Origin: Tubulanus polymorphus
Lineage: Eukaryota > Animalia > Nemertea
NCBI RefSeq assembly: GCF_964204645.1
Contig: NC_134025.1
Coordinates: 14,880,001 to 14,944,000 of the forward strand
Length of the DNA stretch: 64,000 nucleotides
Direction of reading: 5' to 3'
Shown here one piece after another: positions 54,317 through 64,000 of this stretch. The position numbers and the translations under genes were made by a program. How positions within the stretch are numbered: position 1 is the stretch's first letter; each line of letters begins with the position of its first letter. The notes under the pieces were generated by a model. The model searched no databases. It was not told the origin of the DNA and saw only the letters and a program-made list of their open reading frames with translations.

Positions 54317-55564
54317 CTAATATTGAATACTATCTAATTGAGAATTTATAATATTTAATTGCGCGTCAGATATAATATAAATGTGCATTTTGAAATTTTT
54401 GATTCCTTTCTTCTTTTTCATGAATAATTGTATCCCATCTTTAGTATTCTGCAGCTTTTTCACAGAACCATGTAATGAATTATCCTCTGTTGTTCTAAAA
54501 TCTAACCATAATGCATATTTATTACCGGTATAATAATCAATTTGATTAATATTACAATTTTCAGATGATTTTACTTTTTCATTCATAAAATGTTTTCTAA
54601 TTTCTGGCCACTGATCTATCATTCTCATTCCCTGACAAAATATTTTATTTGCTATTCCTTCGATAGTTATTTCTACTTTTGTTATTTCAGGATTATAATA
54701 ATCATCAACATTTATTACGCCATTAGATTATGTTGCAATCGTAAAAAATATTAATATACCTTTAATAGATCTTCTTGGGAAGTTAATATTCTCATTAATA
54801 ATTTCATCAGTTGCATTAATAGTTACAGTTTTAAATTTATCAATATAATCATATAATAATGAAAATCCTTGATTGTATTGAGTTTGAATTATCCTTGAAA
54901 TATTTTCATCAGTTACTGTATCATATTCTAAACATATATTCGATAATTTATAACCCATATCTTTAATTATACTTGATATTAAAATTTCATTAACAGGAGC
55001 AAATGTTATTTCGAATATAACATCTTCTTGTATTGCATGTTTATATAAAGGTGCATTATTATTTATCAATTCAAAATCTAATGGAATTTTATATTTGCTT
55101 CCATAAATCTTTTTGATCAAATTATCTGCGGTACGAGTTACTATTGCGTCATTCGCTCCTGATCTTAATTTATTTTGGTTTTCTGATTGGATGCCTTGAA
55201 ATATCATATTATTTCTATTTTCTTTAGTTAACCATAAATCTTTATAATGCATAAATAAATTATAATCATCTAATGAGAAAACTGTTTCTGGTCCAATCTT
55301 TACAGTTAATTTTTTAATCAAATATCTTCCAACATTATCAACAACATAATTATTATTATTACCAGCTACATTTATATCAGCTGATAAATAAATACTATTT
55401 GGAACATAAAAACTATTTTGTGTTAATCTGGGGATTCTAACATATAAAGTTTCGGCGGGATTAATATTAGAAGGATTATGAGTAATTATATGATGAGATC
55501 TTTCTGCTTTAATAGCGTTAGATATTCTAGAATTCCTAGAAGGATTTATATAACTCCCACTCAT
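54317..55564 (-). pseudogene. Probable major capsid protein (double jelly-roll), frameshifted
   Basis: About 415 codons when joined, beta-rich, located beside the integrase and ATPase. Motifs HNPSNINP.ETLYVRIP.L, LSNICLEYD and LWLDFR..DN.LHG. The fold is inferred. Confidence 0.7.
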
Positions 55565-57026
55565 TTATTTAACAAAAGAATTAATTTTTTATTTTTTATC
55601 ATATTCACTAACCCAAAAATAATAGCACTTACAACTGTAATTAAAAATAAAATTATATGTTCAGCAACATAGTTAAGAATATTCCCAGCAGATTTTAAAA
55701 CAAAACCAACAATTGATGCAATAATTCCGGGTTAAGCTGCAGCAGATTTTTTAGATAATTCCCATAAATATTTTGCTAATTTTTTTAAACCATCTTTCAC
55801 TTTATCTTGTATATAATTATTATTTGGTGGTTTATCAGGTGGTTTAGGATTTGGTGTAGATTTTAATGAATTTGATATTGCTAAACCTATTGTTGTAAAT
55901 ATCATAGTTACAGCTGTTAGAATTGAAAGAATTGTTATACCTTCTAACTTAAATAATAACTTTATTCTATCTTTCAATGATATTTCAGAATTTGGTTTTA
56001 TTAGATATCTTTTAAAAACATCTTTTAACCTTTTAAAATTATTACCATATTCTTTTAAAAGTAATTTAATTTCTTCTTTCTGTAATTCTGTTATATTTTA
56101 AATCATCAATTTCTTTTTCTAAACGTAATTCTTTTTGTCTATATTCCATTTCATCAATTGCTTGATGATCTTAATCAGATTTTGATTGTTCTAATTCTTT
56201 ATTTTTCCCAGATAAATTATCTTCTAAAAGCATAATTTTTTTATCTCTTTCTAATTTTATCTCAGAAATTTTATCAGCTTCCTTTCTTATACCTTCTAAT
56301 ACCTTCTTTCTCTAATTGCTTCATCAGGAAATATATTCAAATCTTCTAATTCTTGATCTGTTGCATCAAGTAATCCACTTTGTAAAAGTTTTTCAGTTTG
56401 AACTTCGGTTGATTTAAGTTTACTAGTTTTGGAATTAATAACTTCTTTAGGAATTGTTTCTGGTTCTAAATTTTCATTAATTATCTTCAATAAATCAACA
56501 TTTCTTTGATTAAATTCTCTTTTATTTAGAATTATCTCTTGTTCGGTAACATCAGTTTTAACATCATTATTGATTTTCTTAATTCTAGATTGTTCTAATT
56601 TAATTAAAGTTGGTTTCGTTATTATTTTATCGAGACTTTATTAAAAGATATCTTAAAATAATAGTCATCTTTCAAATGCCAATAATAATCACCATTTAAA
56701 TATTTCAAATCTTTTACTAAATAATTCACACCTTTATTAGTTATATTGAAACCAGATTTTTTTTTAAACTGGTTTACATTTTTCAGTTAATTCTTCATAT
56801 TCTAATTCTTTTTTTCAATTAAATCTGGATTTTAATTTTCAATATCCAATCTTGAACGTGCTTTATTAACATATTCATTAGTATCAGGTATTGCTAAATA
56901 AGAATTAAATGCTGCTTCATTATCATCATTAAAACTTGTTTCATCAAAAACGGGCGGTTGTTCTTCAGTTATGCCGGGTTCGTTGTAAGTACCCATTTCA
57001 TTATCTTCTCCCACTTTTATATCCAT
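55565..57026 (-). pseudogene. Long decayed coiled-coil/membrane protein gene
   Basis: Collinear ORF fragments 56832..57026, 56296..56490 and 55732..55977, with hydrophobic C-terminal segments. Confidence 0.55.
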
Positions 57027-57056
57027 ATAAATAATAAAATAATAAAAGAATTAAAA

Positions 57057-58366
57057 TTAAAAATATAATATTCCTCCTATTACAATTCCTATACAAGTTT
57101 TAGCTAATTTAGTATTTTCATTGGATTTATTATCATTATTAGTTTTAATTATATCATGTTGAATATTATCAGTTTTTATATCACCGTGTGGGTGCCGTAC
57201 GGCACCATTTTCTGTAGTATTGTAATCTTTTATTTTAGAATCATTATTCAATTTAATATTATGAGTTTTAGTTTCAGTTGATTGAATATTTTTTCTATTT
57301 TTTTCACCTTCCATTAATTTTGGAGCAGTAATAATCTTTTTATTTATGTCATTTAATCCAAATGAATTATTTATTGTAGCAGTTTTAATCAAATTATTGT
57401 AACCAATCATATTTCCCATTTTTAAAACTAAATCATTAGAAATGATTAATAAATTAGGGCCTATACAATAATTTAATCTAATATGTGATTTATCTAAATA
57501 ATTTTGGTACCTAACTATATTTTCTGGAATCGATCTATTTTTATCATTATGAATGGAATCTTCAAATAAAACTTTAAATTGTTTCTGCGCATCAATTGAA
57601 GTGTTATCATTTCCAACTATTGGTGATCTTGTTTCAACTTGCGCACCTAAAATACATGTCAAATAAGTTCTAATAGATTGATTTATTCTTTGTATACCTG
57701 ATTTTGTAAAACCTTCACTATTTTCTAAAATGAAATTAATCCAACCATTATTATTATCAATTTTATAATTATCATAAGATCCAATTCTATGCATATAATC
57801 AATTCTTTTTATTTCATACTGTTCACCAATACCTTGCAATTTACCATGCGCTCTAAAATCGGAATTAATATTTATATTAAATTCATTACATATTTTATAA
57901 AACTTAGATAGATTAATATAATTGTCCAATTCTTTAAAATATTTAGATCCGGGCAAAGGACATTCTAATTCATTTAATATTATTCTGATTTGAAAATACG
58001 TGTGAAATCTAAATATTGTGTGAATTAATTTTAAATCAGAATAATTCAAATTTTTATCTAAGTTGTTTTAATGATCATTCCAACTTATACCACAACCAGT
58101 TGTTGCACAATAAACAGCAAAATTTAATTGATTCTGCCAATATTTCATATTAGATTTTACTTTATATATATGATATTCATCACGAGTAAAAGTAACTTTA
58201 TATGTATTAAATATATTTTCCATTTTAGTATTATAGCAACATAAATTTCTAAATTAGTTTATGAATTTAAAACTAAATTTCTATATGTAATATTTTTATT
58301 AAAATCTATTGCAGGAATATTATATTTAATTGATTTATTATATTGGAAAGCTTTTGGAAACCCCAT
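57057..58366 (-). pseudogene. Uncharacterised element protein with a hydrophobic C-terminus
   Basis: 330-aa open segment plus upstream fragments (YWQNQLNFAVYCATTGCG) back to a TAAATG start near 58366. Confidence 0.6.
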
Positions 58367-58398
58367 TTATATAATAAAATTATATAAATTTATATAAA

Positions 58399-58833
58399 TT
58401 AATAATTCATTAATCCTTTTAATAATTTATCCTGTTCTTCAATTGCTATATTACCATTTAAACTTATTATATAATCTAGTGTGTTTTTTAATTTATTAAT
58501 TTCTTTTATATTAGTTTTAATTTTTTCTTTATTACTTTTTATATTCAATTTTGAATTTATACCAGTTAACACACTTGATGATAATCCTAGCACGCCAATT
58601 GATATAGCTAAAGGTGTGAATGGACTGAATATTGCTAAAAATGTTATTACAGAACTAATTGTAACTGAACCACTAATAATAAAATCATAAATAATTTTAC
58701 TTTTTAAATATTTTTTCTTTTTTATCTTTAAGTCACTTTAAAATTCTAATATTTGTTTTTCTAAATATGTTTTTAATTTAGTTTTATTTATATCATGAGG
58801 AATAATATCAATATTATCAACGTTATCATCCAT
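58399..58833 (-). pseudogene. Small hydrophobic protein, disrupted
   Basis: 64-aa ORF plus an upstream TAAATG start. Confidence 0.5.
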
Positions 58834-58852
58834 TTATTTAACAAAAAAATTA

Positions 58853-59274
58853 CTAATTAGTAAATTTATATGCTACAAATATAACAATAACAGTTCCACC
58901 TAAAATCCATATTATTTCATTCTTCTGTTCACTACTTTGGGTATAATAATCTGATAATTTAGGTTTGTATAGATGTAATTTTTCTTTATTGGTTACCGCG
59001 TTATATAAACTCATTTCATCATCGACTGATTGAAAATCTCTATGTGAAATCTTCTGATAATATAATTCTTTGTTAATATAATCCATATAGTTTTGTCTTT
59101 TTTCTCTATATTCTTCTGCTGCTTTATTATATTTTTCTAACGCTAAGTTATGTCTTTTTTGTTCTGATAATGAACCATTTTTATCAATATGCTTAAATAT
59201 ATAACCACCACCAGTAAATGCCGTTAACAATTAACAATTGCCGATCCTATAATAGTTATAATTGCAGAAGCCAT
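58853..59274 (-). pseudogene. Small membrane-associated protein (frameshift near the start)
   Basis: AFTGGGYIF..EQKRHNLALEK.. with a C-terminal hydrophobic segment and a TAAATG start at 59274. Confidence 0.6.
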
Positions 59275-59298
59275 TTATTTAGTAAAATAATTACGCAC

Positions 59299-59520
59299 TT
59301 ATATAGGAGGAATATATTTTTGTTTTTCCAAATAATCAATAGTTAAATTAGATAAAGTAACTGCTAATGTTAATTTTAAGATATCATTTATATCAAATCT
59401 ATCAACATTAAAACTTCCCATTTTAAATACTTTTTTTAATACCATTGAATAACCAACAGTTCCAACTGATAATAATGCTCCATTATATAATCCAGTTATT
59501 ATCCACTTATTATCACTCAT
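59299..59520 (-). CDS. 73-aa hydrophobic protein
   Basis: Intact ORF with a TAAATG start. Confidence 0.65.
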   Translation of the reverse strand: MSDNKWIITGLYNGALLSVGTVGYSMVLKKVFKMGSFNVDRFDINDILKLTLAVTLSNLTIDYLEKQKYIPPI

Positions 59521-59634
59521 TTATTTATCAAAAAAATTACTGTCTTCAAAATATTCATTTATCTTAGTTATAATTATTTCAACATTTATATTATATTACA
59601 GTATTATTAGTTTCATTTTCATATATTTCAGTTA

Positions 59635-60142
59635 TTAGGGTATTCTGACTTTCGTCGAAAACCCTCTTGAAATTCTGCTGATTATCATTATTATATATTT
59701 TCCGCCGATTTCGTCAAATAAAATTCATCTTCATTCAGATTCGGCAACTGACAGCTTCGAAACGAAATGTATAAATTGATACTGTAATAACGGTCTCTCT
59801 GAACCAACAGATTGTCTGAATGTACTTTCCATCCTATTTGAAACTTAAAATTACTTATTAGGTTACTGTAAATAAAGAATTGAATTGAATTGTTAGACAA
59901 CAAGCACCGACGAAATAACAGTTTGTGACGTCATTTAGTAAGTAAATAAAGGAGGGGCCCGAGAATTTCCAAATCACGGGGGACTATACTGGGGTTAGAC
60001 CATTCAACCAAAAAGAGGATTGCTCTGATAATATCCAAATCATCTCATTTTCTTTTTTCCATCGAATACCCGGTAATTATTAATTTTTCCTTTCGATCAC
60101 ATGCATCCAGAAAACCCGTTATCGCTGCTTTGCAGCTATATT
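59635..60142 (+). mobile_element. ~505-bp Helentron-type (HINE) element inserted in the Maverick
   Basis: Near-identical to 44181-44687. It interrupts a minus-strand ORF starting near 60395. Confidence 0.88.
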
Positions 60143-60418
60143 TATTCTTTTAATATCATCAATGATAAAATCTTCATCTAATTCATAAAATCTTAAAGAT
60201 TCTCTAATTAAATTAGTAATCTAATCTACATTTAAAGTTTCTTTATCTATTGTTTTTTTCATACTCAAATGTTGTTTCATTAGAAAATGCAATATTTCTA
60301 ATATGTGTAATTACATCAGTAATGTTAAATTTCATTTCTTTCTCATGTTTAAAATCGAATCCAAAACATATACTCGGCCCAACAGTTATATTCATTTATA
60401 TAGTGAAAAAATTATTCT

Positions 60419-61121
60419 CTACATCTTATATAAATCAATTAGATATCCATTATGATTTCTAATTTCTAATCTAAAATTATTAAAATGAGGAATGCATGGT
60501 TTGAAATCAGATTCTGTTAAATTATAATTTATTTGAGTTACAAATTGTTTAACATTTTTTAACGGTAAAATATTTAGTATACTAGAACTACAAATTGTTT
60601 CTTTAGTTGCTTCGAAAGTTTTTGTAGGATCGATTAAATTGCAATAAATATAAAAGTGTGTAAAAGGTATTATATTTGAGATGCCTTCTGCGTTTCCAGT
60701 AACTGTACGCGGTTTAATTGGTTTGTTTACCATAAATTTATGTTGTTCATTAGATATCTTTATTCTTATTTCATTAGTACTATCAATTTTATTAAATTGA
60801 ATTTCAAATTCAGAAGTGCCCCCGATTTTCAACCGAGCTCTTCTATTAATTTCCTGCGCTAATGATTCTAAATTATATAATCCTGGTTTTAAAAATAGAT
60901 GAAACCATTTATCTTTATTTCTCATATAAATCATAAACCCTCTATCTTCCAAAGTTTTATCCGATATATTATTTAAAAAAATTACATAAACTTACATTTA
61001 CTTATTTTAAATCAACACAATTCTTAAATTCTCTATCTAATTGTACTAGTAAATTATGTGATTTAGAATTTAACAGTTTTCTAGAATCAACAAATATTCT
61101 ATATTCTTTTAATTCAACCAT
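60419..61121 (-). pseudogene. Candidate minor capsid (penton) protein
   Basis: N-terminal IFVDSR, then PGLYNLESL..EIN, HFYIYCNLID, ILNILPL and LEIRN.NG..ID, resembling single jelly-roll pentons. Confidence 0.55.
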
Positions 61122-61189
61122 TATTTATAACATAAAAAAATTACCTCTCATCACTAAAAATTAATTTTAGTAAAATTTTTCCAAAATAA

Positions 61190-62491
61190 ATGGATGAGAA
61201 GATACCATGTGAAATTTGGGGTGAACTTCTAAGAAAATGTAGTATGGCTCGACATATCAAAAAACATGATAAAAATTATAAACCCCCTAAAATAAACTGC
61301 CCAAATTGTAATAAATTATTCTCAAGAAATTATGTCAAAAAACATCCAGAGAAGTGTAAAATTAATGACACAACGGTTAATGTTAATAGTAACGAAAGTA
61401 ATAGTAATTCTGTTGAAGTTGAATCTGAAATTATTTGAAAAGACATTTCTTATTCTATGATAAGGATAATATAAAAGATTATTTCTGTGAGCCTTGTCGA
61501 ATAAAATATAGACATGAAAATATAGAAGATTGGGAGAATCATCAATTTCGTAAAGCACATATAGATAAAATTGGAAACTGAATTCAATGAAAGAAAGGAT
61601 AAAATATTAGAAAAAATTAAATATGAGAAAACGTTGCCAGATAATGAAGAAACACTTAAAAAGTTGGATAAACAATATAATGAATTAGTTAGAAAAACAT
61701 ATTATTGTAAATATTGTAAATTGATTATTACAACAAGTAATTCAAATCTACATAATAGAACAATAAAACATAAAGAAAACGTAAGAAAATACCAAGAGCT
61801 TAATGAAGATCTATTACCAAGAAATGATAGAAAAAAATGCCCACAATGTATTTATGAGTACTTAAGACAAGAAGGTTCTGTGATATTTTGTAATGAATGT
61901 GGATGGCAAAGGAATTTATGGGGTGATGAAAAAACTAGAGATATTCTTATAGAACCAAAATTAAAATATCTAGATGAAATTTTTAAGATATTTTCTATGG
62001 AAGATCATACACCAGAATATAAGCAATGGCTTGAAAAAATGAAAATGATAGAAAACAAAAATGGTGAAATAACTAAAAAAGATATAATAAAAACAATTAT
62101 TCCGTCAACATTTAACACACAAGAAAAGAAAATGTATTTATATCTATTATTTAACGATTATTATAAAAAACCTAAATTAACAGAAGAAGATACGGAATAT
62201 ATAAAAGAAACATTCAAAAAAATATTAAGATATTATGTGGATAATAGAATAACTGATTCAATTAATTATGAATTCTTTTTAAATAAGATTGTAAATTTTT
62301 TAGACATCGATATTATAATTCCATTTGATGAATTAACAAACAAAAAGAAACAAAGAGAGCGAGATGAAATGTGGTACAATATAGAACTTTATTTAAATGA
62401 GAAAAATGAAATGGAAGAACGTAAACAATTAAATGAAAATGAAGAAACCAGTAGTGATTTCCAGTATGATGATCTTGATTTTATGTTTTAA
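61190..62491 (+). pseudogene. Zinc-finger plus VLTF3 (poxvirus A2-like) late transcription factor-like gene
   Basis: Zinc-finger motifs, a CPQC..CNECG ribbon and a C-terminal SINYEFFLNKI..KKQRERDEMWYNI. ORFs 61190..61438 and 61571..62491 are probably one broken gene. Confidence 0.55.
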
Positions 62492-64000
62492 TTAACCATA
62501 AGGTAATGTTTTTATTCCATCACCCAAAATATATCTTATATCATCGAAATGATTTAAACTAGTTTTTTCAACTTCATTAATGTACATTTCGTGATCTTCT
62601 GATCTTAAACAATTCATTTAATGTTTCATTACAATTGAGATATATAAACACTTTATATAATCTTGAAATTCTATATGTTTATCAACCACATGTTTTGTTA
62701 TTCCTTTTAACTTTTTAGCTGCATGATCTTTTGTTCTATAACTATACGTTTTACTTCTTATCCCAACAAATTCAATCATTTCATCAATTCATCTTTAAAC
62801 TTACCAGGAATCTTTTTATTATCATTGCTAAATAGTTCATGATCTTTGGGATAATTGCTAAAATCAAAATGATGTTTTAATGTTTTTAAGTCTTTTGTTA
62901 TGTCATTTGTCTTGATTTTTAGTATGTACGCGTCAGTATTTTTTTGGATTAATGGGAACCCAGAATTGAATGTTCCATCATCTGTTGATAAATCATAAAC
63001 ATAGTCAGTTGGGTTATATATTTCAAATAAATCTCTGACATCTTCTGTTAATTCTTTTTCTACATGCCTTAAGTTAAAACAATTTGGTTTAGATTTAATT
63101 AATTCTATATTCATATTAAATCCTAATGAATTACATAATATATACAATCCTGATATAGCAACATTTCCTTTTTGCGCAAATGTTATTACTCGAGATCTCG
63201 TATATTTTTTCTGTCCATCTGCTGCGTAGAATCCAATGAAGAACCATTTGCTAAAATTATATTTGGCATTTAATACATAATCTGGCACTATCTTTTCTTT
63301 TGTTGAAGTATTACTTTTCACTATTGCATGAATATAGAATTCGTCATTATATTTTATAGCAAAATCTTTAGGATTATTCACAAGTATTCTATAAACGGCT
63401 GATGATTTCATAACATCCATGATTCTAAATGTTTTATTTGAATTAACTTCTTCACAGTATTTCTTTATTCTTTTTAATAATTTCAAATCTTGATTGCATA
63501 AATACCAACAATATTTATTACCCCAAACATAATTATACACACCTGCTGAACCATCGCCCATGAAAAATCCTTTGATAAAATATTCTTTTTCTTCTAATGT
63601 TTCAGGTTCTATATTATAAATATTATCAATTATTTCATCAAATGACATATGATTCATTCTTTGGAAAAATCGTTTATGTAATAATTCATCCCCAATTTTC
63701 AGTTGGTTTTATTTCATCGCCATTTCGTTTAATTAAACTATGATCTTCTGTAACATCAACAAATCCTAATTTAGTTCTAACTCTATAAATCTTTTTATTT
63801 GTTTTATGCCTAATAATATTCTTTCCATCCATTTCTTGTCCAAACATCCATTAATCCATTTATTTGTATTAATTCTTTTTCAACATATGAAATATAACGT
63901 TCATTTTGTTTTGGAATTATTTCTGAAATTCTTCTTATCAATATTTTATCATTACATTTTAATAATATTGGGGTGTCAGCTGTTACAGAATCAAAATATA
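62492..64000 (-). pseudogene. polB: Maverick protein-primed DNA polymerase B, C-terminal part, intein-interrupted
   Basis: YFD|intein|TDAY..FDFSNYPKDH.LFS..NKKIPGKFKDE..EFVGIRSKTY..KKLKGI..LRS..H..FDD.RYI..DGIKTLPYG*. Confidence 0.92.
62938..63989 (-). mobile_element. Intein with a LAGLIDADG homing endonuclease
   Basis: Block A SVTADTPILL; block B VDVTEDHSL; endonuclease motifs FIKGFFMGDG and FFIGFYAADG; block F YVYDLST; block G IQKN, followed by Thr+1. Confidence 0.93.

Larger units (their letters stand above)
50743..64000. mobile_element. Maverick/Polinton-like endogenous virus B (continues beyond the window)
   Basis: Begins AGTAATTGG like the other termini. Densely packed intronless ORFs encode an ATPase, integrase, capsid candidates and pPolB, with scattered frameshifts. 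Confidence 0.92.

Noticed and set aside
45840-64000. A single pPolB gene split between 45840-50738 and 62492-64000
   Set aside because: The two parts are on opposite strands and separated by a new terminus at 50743, so two copies is the simpler reading.

Overview
AT-rich eukaryotic genomic DNA, probably from an invertebrate animal (inferred from the repeat types and spliceosomal introns). It consists almost entirely of nested, mostly decayed mobile elements, and no intact host gene could be supported. The first 38 kb holds two copies of an intron-containing pogo-like DNA transposon, a DIRS1-type tyrosine-recombinase retroelement, Helentron-type elements, several MITEs, LINE fragments and satellites. 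The last 26 kb holds a LINE 5' fragment, a Gypsy element and three pieces of a Maverick/Polinton-like endogenous virus. The largest piece (50743 to >64000) encodes a packaging ATPase, integrase, candidate capsid proteins and a protein-primed PolB. It shows several features resembling large cytoplasmic DNA viruses. Its PolB carries a LAGLIDADG intein at the catalytic YxD|TD site, it has a VLTF3-like gene, and TAAATG lies at most gene starts. The two related end fragments begin with long fold-back hairpins. All homology calls come from motif recognition by eye; no searches were run.
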